Below, piece by piece: positions 9,482 to 19,029 of a stretch of DNA of 64,000 bases. The position numbers and the translations under genes were made by a program. The notes beneath the pieces were generated by a model, which saw only the letters and a list, made by a program, of their open reading frames with translations, had not been told where the DNA came from and did not search any database. Each line of letters begins with the position of its first letter. The stretch's first letter is position 1. The stretch comes from Acidimicrobiales bacterium (lineage in GTDB: Bacteria > Actinomycetota > Acidimicrobiia > Acidimicrobiales > DATDAH01): the NCBI GenBank assembly GCA_041918615.1, contig JAYRVH010000054.1, forward strand, positions 5,757 through 69,756, written 5' to 3'.

Positions 9482-10275
9482 CAGAGCGAATTCTTCCCGT
9501 AGATCAGGCGGAGGCCGTGGAGGGTGAGCCACGGCTCGGTGTGCTCGATGCGCTCCGAGATGGGCGAGATGAGATGGGCCAGACCGCCGGTGGCGACGAC
9601 GGTGCACTCGCCCAGCTCGTCCTCGATGCGGGCGCACAGCCCGTCGACCATGGCGGCGTAGCCGAAACCGGTCCCCGACTGGATCGACTCCATGGTGCTC
9701 TTCCCGAGCACGTGGGTCGGTCGGTCGAGGGCGACCTGGCGCACCGCCGCGGCACGGCCGAAGAGCGCGTCGAGGCTGATCTCGATGCCGGGGGCGATCG
9801 CCCCGCCCAGGTACTCGCCCGCCGCCGAGACCACGTCGCAGGTGGTGGCGGTACCGAAGTCGACCATGATCGTGGGGCCGCCGAACAGGTCGTAGGCAGC
9901 CACCGCGTTGGCGATGCGGTCGGGGCCGACCTCCTTGGGGTCGTTGTAGAGGATCGAGATGCCGGTCTTGACGCCGGGCTCGAGCACGACGGCGGTGCCG
10001 TCGAGGTAGCGCTCGCACATGTTGCGCAGGTTCACCGTCACCCGCGGCACCCCCGAGCAGATCGCGACCCCGTGGACGTCACGGCCCCAGGAGTAGCCGG
10101 CGAGGCCGAGGAAGCCCTGGAGCATCACCGCCTGCTCGTCGGCGGTGCGCTCGGCGTGGGTGGAGATGCGCCAGTGGCCGACCAGGCCGTCGCCGGCCGA
10201 CTCGACGTCACCGATCGCCGGGTCGTAGAGGCCGAAGACGGTGTCGGTGTTACCGACGTCGATGACGAGCAGCAC
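9481..10275 (-). CDS. coaX: type III pantothenate kinase
   Basis: The GTG at 10275 ([17 protein letters not shown]) overlaps the nadC TAG by 1 nt. 264 aa with typical CoaX motifs (DVGNT, IMVDFGTATT, VVATGGLA). Confidence 0.9.
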   Translation of the reverse strand: MLLVIDVGNTDTVFGLYDPAIGDVESAGDGLVGHWRISTHAERTADEQAVMLQGFLGLAGYSWGRDVHGVAICSGVPRVTVNLRNMCERYLDGTAVVLEPGVKTGISILYNDPKEVGPDRIANAVAAYDLFGGPTIMVDFGTATTCDVVSAAGEYLGGAIAPGIEISLDALFGRAAAVRQVALDRPTHVLGKSTMESIQSGTGFGYAAMVDGLCARIEDELGECTVVATGGLAHLISPISERIEHTEPWLTLHGLRLIYGKNSL

Positions 10276-11168
10276 TAGGCCTCCCGACCGGCGAGGTTGC
10301 TGTCGAGGCTGATGTCGAGGCCGATGTCGAGCACCGGCGCCGAGTTGGTGAGCGCTCCCACCGAGATCATGTCGACGCCCGTTGCCGCGAAGCCGGCCAC
10401 CGTTTCGAGGTCGATGCCACCGGACGCCTCGACCATGCACGCCCGACCCGCGTCCCGACGATGCTCATCGACGGCGACCATGGCCGAACGCACCTCGTCC
10501 GGTGTCATGTTGTCGAGCAGCACCGCGTCGGCCCCCGCCGCGAGCGCCTCGACGAGTTGGCCCTGTGTGGCGCATTCGACGTGCACGGTGCGGGCGGGCC
10601 ACTGGTCGCGCGCCCTGGCGACGGCGTCGGCGATGCCCAGCACGGCCAGGTGGTTGTCCTTCAGCATCACCCAGTCCGACAGGTTGCCCCGGTGGTTGCG
10701 ACCACCCCCGGCGCGCACCGCGGCCTTCTCGAGGGCCCGCAGGCCCGGCGTGGTCTTGCGGGTGTCCCAGATCTGGGCCTTCCCGCCCGTGGCCGCGACG
10801 AAGCGGCGGGTGAGGGTGGCGACCCCCGAGAGGTGGCTCAGGAAGTTGAGTGCGGTGCGTTCGGCGGTGAGCATCGAGGCGAGGGGCCCGTCGACCGACC
10901 CGAGCACCTCGCCACCGGTCACGTCGTCACCGTCGTCCACCGTCCACACGACCGTGAGCAGGGGGTCGACCTGGCCGAAGGCCTCGTCGGCGCACCGGCG
11001 GCCGGCGAGCACGCCAGGGCCGCGGGCCACGAATGCGGCGGTGGCTCGGGCGTCTGCCGGCAGCAGGCCCGAGGTGAGGTCGCCGAGAGGGTTGAGGTCC
11101 TCCTCGAGGGCCCGTCGGACGGCGGTCCGGACAGCCGCGACCGGCGGGTGGACAGCAGCGGGTGTCAC
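10275..11168 (-). CDS. nadC: nicotinate-nucleotide diphosphorylase (carboxylating)
   Basis: 297 aa, GTG start. ALEEDL..GDLTS N-terminus, [16 protein letters not shown] and LLDNM motifs. Confidence 0.92.
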   Translation of the reverse strand: MTPAAVHPPVAAVRTAVRRALEEDLNPLGDLTSGLLPADARATAAFVARGPGVLAGRRCADEAFGQVDPLLTVVWTVDDGDDVTGGEVLGSVDGPLASMLTAERTALNFLSHLSGVATLTRRFVAATGGKAQIWDTRKTTPGLRALEKAAVRAGGGRNHRGNLSDWVMLKDNHLAVLGIADAVARARDQWPARTVHVECATQGQLVEALAAGADAVLLDNMTPDEVRSAMVAVDEHRRDAGRACMVEASGGIDLETVAGFAATGVDMISVGALTNSAPVLDIGLDISLDSNLAGREA

Positions 11169-11223
11169 GCGGTCAACCTTGCCCGCCGGCGGCCGGCCGC
11201 ACCAAAGCGCTCGGCCCCCGACA

Positions 11224-12066
11224 TCAGCCGAATCCCGCCTGGTCCTGCTTCAGGGCGGTGTCGACCGTGAGCGCGGCGGCGACCACCAGGCTGCGCAGCG
11301 GGTCGTCGAGCGGGCGGTGGATCTGCACCACGTAGTTGTCGGCCGTGGTGAACATGGCCTTGGCCAGACCGACGAAGGTCTTGGTGATCCGCCCGATCTC
11401 GGCGCCCGAGTGGTCGGTGATGGCGAAGTTCCAGGCCCGCCAGTTCTCGGCGTTGATCGACCCGTACCGGTGGCCGCCCGAGACCATGGCGAAGCGGATC
11501 TTGCCGAAGACGTTCTCCTGGACGATCTGGCCGATCTCGTGACCCTGCGGGCCCTGGACGATGACCTTCGACTTCACGAACTTGGCCGGACGGGTGACGG
11601 TGAGCAGGTGGTTGCCGGCCATGTCCACGATCTGGAGCTGGTGGGTCATGTACTGGTCGAACGACGTGAGGACACGGGCCACTTTGCGGGCCGTGCTCTG
11701 GCCCACCTGCCGGACACCGGCGATCTGGTTGCCGTGCTGGTCGTACACGCCGAACTCGTTCTCGATCTCGATGAACTTGGCCTTCTGGTTCACCACCAGG
11801 ATCGGCTCGGTGAAGATGGTTCCCCCGCCCTGACCGGCGCTCGCGGGCGCGACGCCGGCGCGCTGCTGCACCTGGTGCTGCACCTGGGCCGCCTGCTGGT
11901 CGCCTCTCGGGACGTAGGGGCCCGTGGCCGTCGGGAGCGGGTCGACTCCCTGCTGACCGGCCGACATCACGTGCCCCGTCCACTGTCGGCCGTCGAAGTA
12001 GCGAAGCTCGTAGCGGCCCTGGGGGTCGGGATACCAGTTGGGCGGATGGGCGCCGGCGTCGCTCAT
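11224..12066 (-). CDS. DUF2510 plus scramblase/LURP-one-like (tubby C-terminal-like fold) protein
   Basis: Start at MSDAGAHPPNWYPDPQGRYELRYFDGRQWTGH (DUF2510-type WYPDP motif). The ATG at 12066 overlaps the nadB TGA (ATGA). The C-terminal approx 190 aa match the bacterial scramblase-related pattern (LVVNQKAKFIEIENEFGVYDQHGNQIAGVRQ ...). Confidence 0.8.
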   Translation of the reverse strand: MSDAGAHPPNWYPDPQGRYELRYFDGRQWTGHVMSAGQQGVDPLPTATGPYVPRGDQQAAQVQHQVQQRAGVAPASAGQGGGTIFTEPILVVNQKAKFIEIENEFGVYDQHGNQIAGVRQVGQSTARKVARVLTSFDQYMTHQLQIVDMAGNHLLTVTRPAKFVKSKVIVQGPQGHEIGQIVQENVFGKIRFAMVSGGHRYGSINAENWRAWNFAITDHSGAEIGRITKTFVGLAKAMFTTADNYVVQIHRPLDDPLRSLVVAAALTVDTALKQDQAGFG

Positions 12067-13682
12067 GTCTCCTCCATCCGAACCACGAGGCGACAGCAGA
12101 GGGCGTCGTCGCGGTCCGGGAAGTCGATGCGGGTGTGCGCTCCCCTGCTCTCCTCGCGGGCCGTGGCCGCGGCGAGCACGGCGCCCGCGACCGTCGCCAG
12201 GTTGCGCACCTCCCAGAGGGCCGCGCCCTGGCCGGTGACGCTCCCACCGGTGGCCGCCCCGACCTCGGCGACGGTACGACCGGTGAGGGCCAGCGACTCG
12301 GCGTCGCGCAACACGCCCGCGCCCCGGGTCATCGCCCGCTGCAGCCGGTCGCGGAGCGCGGCCGGATCGGCATCGGCCCGCCCGACCGTGGAGGCGCCGG
12401 TGCCGGTGGCAGCGGGCGCGACCGCGGTGACGGACCGTCCGCCGATCACGTCCCCGCCCGCGTCGGTGCCGATGACGGCCCGCATGGCACCGGTGGGTTT
12501 CGGACCGACCTCGCCGCGGTCGATGGCCTCGACGCTGCGGTGCGCGAAGACCAGGCCCTCCAGCAGCGAGTTCGATGCCAGGCGGTTGGCCCCGTGGACC
12601 CCGGTGCAGGTCGTCTCGCCTGCGGCCCACAGACCGGGCAGGCTGGATGCCCCGTCGAGGTCGGTGACCAGCCCGCCGCACAGGTAATGGGCCGCCGGCG
12701 CGATGGGCAACCAGTCCACCGCCGGGTCGAGCGACACCAGTTGGAGCGACTTGGCCATGGTGGGGAACCGGTTGTCGAAGTCCTCGAGGCCGGTTGCGTC
12801 GAGCCACACGTGGTCGACGCCCTGCTCGATCATCTTCGCGGTGATGGCCCGCGACACCACGTCGCGCGGCTGGAGCTCGTCGACGAACCGCTCGCCGTCT
12901 CGATCGCGCAGCAGCGCACCGTGGCCGCGCAGGGCCTCGGACAACAGGGGCCGGGGCATGCGCGGGTCGTGGAGCGCGGTCGGGTGGAACTGCACGAACT
13001 CGATGTCGGCGACGGCCACCCCGGAGCGCAGGCCCATGGCCACGCCGTCGCCGGTGGACTCGACGGGGTTGGTGGTGACCGCGTAGAGCTGGCCGGCGCC
13101 TCCGGTGGCCAGCAGCACGTGCCTCGCACGGACGACCAGCGGCCGACCCTCGCCGTCGATGGCCCGCACACCGACGCATCTGCCGTCCTCGACCACCAGG
13201 TCGGTGGCGAAGTGGCGCTCGAGCACCGTGGCCGCGGTGCGATGGACGGCCGCCACCAGCGCCCGCTCGATCTCGAAGCCGGTGGCGTCGCCGCCGGCGT
13301 GAAGGATGCGGGGGAGGCTGTGGCCGCCCTCGCGGGCCAGCTCGAGGTGGCCCGCGCCGTCGCGGTCGAACTCGGCGCCGAGCGCCATGAGGTCCTCGAC
13401 CCTACGGGGGCCCTCGTCGACGAGCACCCGGACGGCGTCGACGTCGCACAGCCCGGCGCCCGCGCCCAGGGTGTCGGCCAGGTGCAGGTCGGTGGAGTCC
13501 GGGTCGCTGTCGAGCACCGCCGCGACCCCGCCCTGCGCCCAGCGGGTGGTCGCCTGGTTCAGGACGCCTTTGGTGAGCACACCGACCCGCCAGCCGTGGC
13601 CCGCACTCGCCCGCACGGCGGCCGAGAGCCCGGCGACGCCCGACCCGAGGACCAGCAGGTCCAGACCGTCGGGCTCGCCCAC
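12063..13682 (-). CDS. nadB: L-aspartate oxidase
   Basis: 539 aa. FAD-binding LLVLGSGVAGLSAA N-terminus, AQGG, HPTAL and RGAHxRxDFP motifs. Confidence 0.95.
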   Translation of the reverse strand: MGEPDGLDLLVLGSGVAGLSAAVRASAGHGWRVGVLTKGVLNQATTRWAQGGVAAVLDSDPDSTDLHLADTLGAGAGLCDVDAVRVLVDEGPRRVEDLMALGAEFDRDGAGHLELAREGGHSLPRILHAGGDATGFEIERALVAAVHRTAATVLERHFATDLVVEDGRCVGVRAIDGEGRPLVVRARHVLLATGGAGQLYAVTTNPVESTGDGVAMGLRSGVAVADIEFVQFHPTALHDPRMPRPLLSEALRGHGALLRDRDGERFVDELQPRDVVSRAITAKMIEQGVDHVWLDATGLEDFDNRFPTMAKSLQLVSLDPAVDWLPIAPAAHYLCGGLVTDLDGASSLPGLWAAGETTCTGVHGANRLASNSLLEGLVFAHRSVEAIDRGEVGPKPTGAMRAVIGTDAGGDVIGGRSVTAVAPAATGTGASTVGRADADPAALRDRLQRAMTRGAGVLRDAESLALTGRTVAEVGAATGGSVTGQGAALWEVRNLATVAGAVLAAATAREESRGAHTRIDFPDRDDALCCRLVVRMEET

Positions 13683-13685
13683 GAC

Positions 13686-14141
13686 CTAGATCGCGCCGAG
13701 TTCGTCTTGGAAGGCGGCCATCTCGGCCTGGATGTCGAGGTACTGGACGGGCCCCGGCGTCGATGCCGGCACCGGGGCGAGACGGGCCGCCACCTCGGCG
13801 GGCACCACCCGGTTCGCCGTGTCGACGTGCACCACCCGGGGCTCGAAGCCCTCGAGCTCCGCGTCCTCGTAGTCCGCGTAGGTGATGACGATCACCCGGT
13901 CGCCCGGCTGGACGAGCCGTGCCGCCGCCCCGTTGAGGCAGACGTCACCCGGGCCGCCCGGGATGGCGTAGGTCTCGAACCGTGCACCGTTGTCGATGTC
14001 GAGCACGTGGACCTGCTCGTGCTCTCGGATGTCGGCCAGTGCCATCAGCTCGGTGTCGAGGGTGATCGACCCCACGTAGTGCAGGTTGGCGTCGGTCACC
14101 GTGGCCCGGTGCACCTTGGACTTCATCATGCGTCGGCGCAT
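13686..14141 (-). CDS. panD: aspartate 1-decarboxylase
   Basis: [25 protein letters not shown] carries the self-processing G-S site and FETYAIPG follows. The start could be 14141 or 14129. Has a C-terminal extension. Confidence 0.93.
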   Translation of the reverse strand: MRRRMMKSKVHRATVTDANLHYVGSITLDTELMALADIREHEQVHVLDIDNGARFETYAIPGGPGDVCLNGAAARLVQPGDRVIVITYADYEDAELEGFEPRVVHVDTANRVVPAEVAARLAPVPASTPGPVQYLDIQAEMAAFQDELGAI

Positions 14142-14187
14142 GTTGCTCTCCTGTCGCTTGACGCCGGGAGTACCGGTCGCCGTGCCG

Positions 14188-15042
14188 TCACCCCGGTGGG
14201 GTGCTCACCCCCAGATTATCCAACAATCGTGCGTTCCCGAAACGAACTGCCCCCAGCAGGCGCAGATCACCGGTCAGCGGATCGACCGGGCCGAGGGTGC
14301 GGGCGTCGACCACGGCCACGTAGTCGAGCACGGCCAGCGGCTCCGCGGCGATCACAGCGGCCATACGCTCCCGCACCGCGCTCGGGTCGACGGTGCCCGC
14401 CTCGACGGCCGCGGCGCCGGCGCGCAGGGCCCGGTGGAGCACCGGGGCCGCCTCGCGCTCGAGGGCCGTCAGGTAGGCGTTGCGGCTCGACATGGCCAGT
14501 CCGTCGGGCTCACGGACGGTGGGACACCCCACGATCTCGACCGGAAACGAGAGATCGCGGGCCATCTTGGCGACCACCGCCAACTGCTGGAAGTCCTTCT
14601 CGCCGAAGTAGGCGCGGCACGGCCCGGCGATGGCGAACAGCTTGGCCACCACCGTGGCCACCCCGGCGAAGTGAGTGGGCCGCGAGGCGCCTTCCATGGT
14701 CTCGGTGATCCCTGCCACCGACACGGTGGTGCCCACCGGCTCGGGGTACATCTCGTCGAGCGACGGGGTGAACAGCAGGCCCACATCCGCCTGCGCGCAG
14801 CGGGCCGTGTCACCGTGCAGGTCGCGCGGGTAGGAACCCAGATCCTCGTTGGCCGCGAACTGCAGCGGGTTCACGAAGATGGTCACGGCCGTGATGTCGG
14901 TCTCGGCCACCGACCGCTGCATCAACGACACGTGGCCGTCGTGGAGGTACCCCATGGTGGGGACGAGGCCCACCGTCCCGCCGGCCTGGCGCGCCGCGTC
15001 GAGCTCGGCCCGGAACGCGGCAATCGTGTCGACGGTCTTCAT
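14188..15042 (-). CDS. panC: pantoate--beta-alanine ligase
   Basis: 284 aa with the [15 protein letters not shown] signature, FVNPLQF and GEKDFQQ motifs. Confidence 0.95.
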   Translation of the reverse strand: MKTVDTIAAFRAELDAARQAGGTVGLVPTMGYLHDGHVSLMQRSVAETDITAVTIFVNPLQFAANEDLGSYPRDLHGDTARCAQADVGLLFTPSLDEMYPEPVGTTVSVAGITETMEGASRPTHFAGVATVVAKLFAIAGPCRAYFGEKDFQQLAVVAKMARDLSFPVEIVGCPTVREPDGLAMSSRNAYLTALEREAAPVLHRALRAGAAAVEAGTVDPSAVRERMAAVIAAEPLAVLDYVAVVDARTLGPVDPLTGDLRLLGAVRFGNARLLDNLGVSTPPG

Positions 15043-15070
15043 CGCCCGCGACCCACTCCCGCGCGAGCGC

Positions 15071-15099
15071 CCGCTCCCGCTCCCGCTCCCGCTCCCGCC
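15071..15099. repeat. hexanucleotide microsatellite (ccgctc) about 4.8 copies
   Basis: ccgctcccgctcccgctcccgctcccgcc lies in the 121-bp gap between the DUF2520 gene stop and the panC start. Confidence 0.9.
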
Positions 15100-15163
15100 G
15101 AACTCAGCGCATCCACTCCCCTCAGGGCGCAGTCGATGCGCCGAGTTCGGGATGCGACCGCGA

Positions 15164-15877
15164 TCACCCGCCCGCCGCCAGCGCTCTCGCCGCTTCCATC
15201 AGCGCCTGGTAGGCGGGGCGCTCGGCGGGGTCGAGGGCAGCGAGGTGGCGCTCGATCGTCGCGAGGTCGCCGCGCGCCGCCGGGCCCGTGAGCGCGGCCG
15301 CGGGGCCCAGGTCGGCCACGTTCTCCACCGTGCCCCGCACCAGGTCGAGGTACGCGGCTAGGGGCACCCCGGCGGTCGCCCCCACCCGCTCGACCTGCCC
15401 GAGCAGCGCCACCAGGTGGTTCGAGGCGATGCACGCCGCAGCGTGGTAGGCGGCGCGATCCTCGTCCGCCACGCCGAACGCGTTCCCACCGAGGGCGGCG
15501 ACCACCTCCGCGGCGATCGGGTCTCCCGCCACCGCGAAGGACGCGCCGGCCAGCAGGCGATCCACCCCGACCGACGCGTTCGGCAACGAGACCAGCGGGT
15601 GGATGGCCGCCCGGCGCCGGTGCGGCGCCAACACGTCGAGGCCGAGCGAACCCGCCACGTGAGCGATCACCGCATCGCCGGGCCGCACCGACGCCGCCAC
15701 ACCGGCAATGGCCGAATCCGGCGTGGCGATCAGCACCAGGTCGACCTGGGTCGCCGCTGCGGCCAGATCGCCGCCGCGTCCGACGATCGGCTCGACGCCC
15801 CAACCACACCGCTCGAGGGCGCCAGCCAGCGACGTTCCCGCTCGTCCCGCCCCGATGATCCGCACACGACGACGCAC
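15164..15877 (-). CDS. Rossmann-like / DUF2520 domain protein (panC-associated putative oxidoreductase)
   Basis: 237 aa. N-terminal VRIIGAGRAGTSL dinucleotide-binding motif. C-terminal half resembles DUF2520 (AAYHAAACIASNHLVAL). It sits next to panC, as I recall for other actinobacteria. Confidence 0.7.
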   Translation of the reverse strand: MRRRVRIIGAGRAGTSLAGALERCGWGVEPIVGRGGDLAAAATQVDLVLIATPDSAIAGVAASVRPGDAVIAHVAGSLGLDVLAPHRRRAAIHPLVSLPNASVGVDRLLAGASFAVAGDPIAAEVVAALGGNAFGVADEDRAAYHAAACIASNHLVALLGQVERVGATAGVPLAAYLDLVRGTVENVADLGPAAALTGPAARGDLATIERHLAALDPAERPAYQALMEAARALAAGG

Positions 15878-15903
15878 AGCCGTCGAGCGTACGTCTGGAC
15901 GCG

Positions 15904-16827
15904 TCAGATCCGGTTGCTGATCTCGTCCACTGCGTCGAGGATGGCTTGCCGCTTGGACCGGAAGATGTCGTGGTCGGCGCCCGCCACCACCGTGGCTCTG
16001 CCGTCTGACACCTGCGCCGCGAGGTGCTGGTGGGTCGCCAGCCAGAAGGCCTGGTCGGCCTCGCTCGCGTCGGGGAACGGCACGCCCGCACTGAGCACGA
16101 TCACCGGCACGTCGGGCAGCGAGCCAGCCTCGTCCACCGCAGCCGCGCTGTCGTCGATGGCGGCGATTTCGGGACCGAAGGGCAACGACTCGATGGCGAA
16201 CTCGGTCTCGCGCCCGTCAATCGCCCGCTCCTCGTCGGTGAGGTTGTCGCGATAGCCGAGTTGGTACTCGGCCGTGCGGGGCTCGGCGAACACGAGCGCA
16301 GCGACGTCGTCGGAATGCCTCTGCGCAAAGGCCTGGGCGTCCAGCCCACCGAGGGAGTGGCTGACAACGATCATCGGGGTCGGCAGGTCCGCAGACGTGA
16401 GCATCGCGTGAAGCTCGTCGGCCACCTGCTGCGCAGAGAGCGTTTCGGAACCGGCCTCGCTCTCCCCGATTCCGGCCCGTTCATAGACGCAGGCTCGCCG
16501 GTCGCGCGCAAGCGCGTCGACGATGCCGATCCAGTCACGGACCTGCGCGCCGGCACCCATCTCGACGATCACGGCGGGTTCACCCGAACCTTCACAGACC
16601 AGGTGCAGCGAATGGCCGCCGACGTCGATCAGGTCGTCGAACGACCCGGTCGCCGCGCTCGGCTGGTCCGCCGAAACGGTCGACGAGGTCGGGGCGTCCG
16701 CCTGCGCGGTCGACGACGTCGCCGCCCTGTCACCGGCACTGCTGGTGCAGGCAACCAACGCCACGAGTCCGGCCGCAGCCAGTCCCACACCGACGATTCG
16801 GATGCCACGCGTGTTCGGGTGGCTCAC
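15904..16827 (-). CDS. secreted/lipoprotein alpha/beta hydrolase
   Basis: Putative GTG start at 16827 (VSHPNTRGIRIVGVGLAAAGLVALVACTSS, lipobox-like LVAC). Nucleophile elbow VSHSLGG. The exact start is uncertain. Confidence 0.75.
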   Translation of the reverse strand: MSHPNTRGIRIVGVGLAAAGLVALVACTSSAGDRAATSSTAQADAPTSSTVSADQPSAATGSFDDLIDVGGHSLHLVCEGSGEPAVIVEMGAGAQVRDWIGIVDALARDRRACVYERAGIGESEAGSETLSAQQVADELHAMLTSADLPTPMIVVSHSLGGLDAQAFAQRHSDDVAALVFAEPRTAEYQLGYRDNLTDEERAIDGRETEFAIESLPFGPEIAAIDDSAAAVDEAGSLPDVPVIVLSAGVPFPDASEADQAFWLATHQHLAAQVSDGRATVVAGADHDIFRSKRQAILDAVDEISNRI

Positions 16828-16886
16828 CGCACTACCCCGTCCGATCGACAGTATTTCGCAAGTGTAACGCCGTGGATGCAGGCGAT

Positions 16887-17339
16887 TCAGGGGAGGGGCC
16901 CCACGGGGGTGACCCGGCCGGCGGCGTCGGCCAACGCACCGTCCACCACCAGGTCGGGCGCCAGTTCGGCCAGGGGCGCCAGCACGAACCGTCGTTCGAG
17001 CATGCGCGGGTGGGGTACCTGGAGGTCGGGCTCGTCGACCGTGACCCCCTCGATCCACAGGATGTCGACGTCGAGCGTCCGCGGCCCCCACCGCTCGGCC
17101 TGTACCCGCCCGGCCGCGGCCTGGAGCCGGTGGCACACCTCCAACAGGCGGCGGGCGCTCAACTCGGTGTCGAGCTCGACGACCATGTTCAGATAGGGGC
17201 CCTGATTCCCCGGGCCCCCGACCGGCTCGGTCTCGTACACCGTCGACTCGGCCACCACATCGGGCAGCGAGTCCACCGCCTGGCGAAGCAAGGTCGCGCG
17301 ATCGCCCAGGTTGGACCCGAGGCCGAGGAAGACCCGCAC
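16887..17339 (-). CDS. folK: 2-amino-4-hydroxy-6-hydroxymethyldihydropteridine diphosphokinase
   Basis: The GTG at 17339 (VRVFLGLGSNLGDR) lies just after the folB TAG. WGPRTLDVDIL and PHPRMLERRFVLAPL are HPPK signatures. Confidence 0.9.
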   Translation of the reverse strand: MRVFLGLGSNLGDRATLLRQAVDSLPDVVAESTVYETEPVGGPGNQGPYLNMVVELDTELSARRLLEVCHRLQAAAGRVQAERWGPRTLDVDILWIEGVTVDEPDLQVPHPRMLERRFVLAPLAELAPDLVVDGALADAAGRVTPVGPLP

Positions 17340-17341
17340 AC

Positions 17342-17713
17342 CTATGGCCTCGGTGGGCGCGACCGGGTGATGCGGACTCCGGACGTTGCCAGCTGGTGCG
17401 GCACCGGCGGCCGCAGCTTCCGCACGGCCACGGTGACCGAGTCGACCCGATCGTCGGCCAGCACCCGGTCGGCGATCGTCTCGGCCAGGTGCTCGAGCAG
17501 GGCGACGTGACGCGCGCCGATCGCGCCCTCGACGAGCGCGCACAGCGCGCCGTAGTCGACGGTGTCCGACAGAGCGTCGGACCTGCCGGCCGGACCGAGA
17601 TCGAGCTCGGCGTCGAGGTCGACCTCGATGGGCTGTGACCGGAGCTGCTCCTCCGGCAGGACACCACAGCGCCCCATGGCCCGCAGGCCGCGCAGCTCGA
17701 TGCGGTCAGCCAC
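17342..17713 (-). CDS. folB: dihydroneopterin aldolase
   Basis: The GTG at 17713 (VADRIELRGLRAMGRCGVLPEEQ) is a typical FolB N-terminus, and TVDYGAL is present. It overlaps the upstream gene by 8 nt. Confidence 0.88.
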   Translation of the reverse strand: MADRIELRGLRAMGRCGVLPEEQLRSQPIEVDLDAELDLGPAGRSDALSDTVDYGALCALVEGAIGARHVALLEHLAETIADRVLADDRVDSVTVAVRKLRPPVPHQLATSGVRITRSRPPRP

Positions 17714-18218
17714 GTGCCGCCAGCTTGGCCGACAGGACGACGAGCTCTCGACCAACGGGCCCCATCTGACGGTCGACGATTCGCTCGACCACCGAGATGG
17801 CCTGCGGTCCGGTCGGCAGGAGCCCCGACCAGAGCAGGTACCCGCCCATGAGACCCGAGATCCGATCGCCGACCTCCTCCTGGTGGATGAGGATCTTTCC
17901 CCCTGCTGCGATGAGGCCCTTCAGCTCGGGGAAGAACGTCGAGATGAACTCGACCGGGTCGTCGGTGGCCACGAACGGGCGGTGCAGCCACTCGACCCCG
18001 AGCTCGTCGTAGTTGTGGAGGTTCGCCGGCGACGAGACGAGCGATATCACCTTGGTGAAACCCTCCTCGCGTATCCAGATGATCTCTTCCTTTCGGCGGA
18101 CCCGCCGGTGGTTCTGGCCGTACCCCCCGGGCCGTTCGCAGACGGCGAGTTGGTCCTTGATGACCCACGCGAAGTTGCGGGGGGTGATACCCCGCGCCCA
18201 CTTGCCCTTCAACGCCAT
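17706..18218 (-). CDS. dual-specificity phosphatase-like protein with Cys-to-Gln substitution in the CX5R loop
   Basis: 170 aa from MALKGKWARG (ATG at 18218). The fold-type pattern (VISLVSS ... WLHRPFVATDDP ... ILIHQEEVGDRISGLMGGYLL) matches a DSP/PTP P-loop in spacing, but reads H-Q-x5-R instead of H-C-x5-R. Confidence 0.6.
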   Translation of the reverse strand: MALKGKWARGITPRNFAWVIKDQLAVCERPGGYGQNHRRVRRKEEIIWIREEGFTKVISLVSSPANLHNYDELGVEWLHRPFVATDDPVEFISTFFPELKGLIAAGGKILIHQEEVGDRISGLMGGYLLWSGLLPTGPQAISVVERIVDRQMGPVGRELVVLSAKLAARG

Positions 18219-18249
18219 GGAACGAGCCTCTCGATCATCGGATGGATGC

Positions 18250-19029
18250 TCACGCCGCGGCCGGGATCTCGCCGGCCACCACGGCGGCGGCGTGAACGGT
18301 CGCCCGCACGTCGTGCACCCGCACCATTCGCACGCCCTGGGCCATGGCCCAGGTCGCGGTGGCGAGCGACGCCTCGAGTCGGTCCTCGGCGGATACCGCC
18401 TGCACCCCGTCAGACTGCGCCAGGAGCACCCCGAGGCTCGACTTGCGGCTGGTGCCGAGAGCGACGGGGAAGCCCGTGGCGACGAGGACGTCGAGGTGGG
18501 CGAGCAGTTGCAGGTTGTGGCCGAGCAGCTTGCCGAACCCGATGCCGGGGTCGATCCACACCTCGTCGACGCCGGCCGCACGGGCCGCCTCGGCCCGACC
18601 CACGAGCGCGTCACGAACCTCGGTGACCACGTCGTGGTAGCGGGGCTCGTCCTGCATCGAGCGGGGATCGCCCTGCATGTGCATCGCCACCCAGGCCACC
18701 TCGGCGCGTGCGGCCACGTGGAGGAGCGACGCGGAGACGTCGTTGATCATGGTGGCGCCGGCGGCGACGGCGGCCTCGGCCACCTCGGCTTTGGTTGTGT
18801 CGACCGATACTCGCACCTGGCCGGCCAACGCCTCGATGACGGGCAGCACCCGTCGGCACTCCTCCGCGGCGTCGACCGGGGTGGCGCCCGGGCGGGTGGA
18901 CTCGCCGCCCACGTCGACCACGTCGGCCCCTTCCGCGATGAGCGTCTCGCCGTGCGCGACCGCGCGGGCGGGGTCGAAGAACCGCCCGCCGTCGGAGAAC
19001 GAGTCGGGAGTGACGTTGAGGACGCCCAT
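18250..19029 (-). CDS. folP: dihydropteroate synthase
   Basis: The conserved N-terminus MGVLNVTPDSFSDGG starts at the ATG at 19029. GADVVDVGGESTRPGA and DPGIGFGK are present. The ORF stays open to an ATG at 19080 through a 15-bp tandem repeat, so a 17-aa extension is possible. Confidence 0.92.
   Translation of the reverse strand: MGVLNVTPDSFSDGGRFFDPARAVAHGETLIAEGADVVDVGGESTRPGATPVDAAEECRRVLPVIEALAGQVRVSVDTTKAEVAEAAVAAGATMINDVSASLLHVAARAEVAWVAMHMQGDPRSMQDEPRYHDVVTEVRDALVGRAEAARAAGVDEVWIDPGIGFGKLLGHNLQLLAHLDVLVATGFPVALGTSRKSSLGVLLAQSDGVQAVSAEDRLEASLATATWAMAQGVRMVRVHDVRATVHAAAVVAGEIPAAA

Noticed and set aside
10297-14708. Two very long plus-strand ORFs (796 aa and 857 aa) across nadC, nadB, panD and panC
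   Set aside because: They run antisense to four strongly recognisable biosynthetic genes. Their translations are Ser/Arg/Pro/Ala-rich without motifs.
15039-16091. 350-aa minus-strand ORF overlapping the DUF2520 gene in another frame
   Set aside because: It is an Arg/Gly/Pro-rich shadow frame. The 237-aa frame (15164-15877) has a Rossmann motif and sensible composition.
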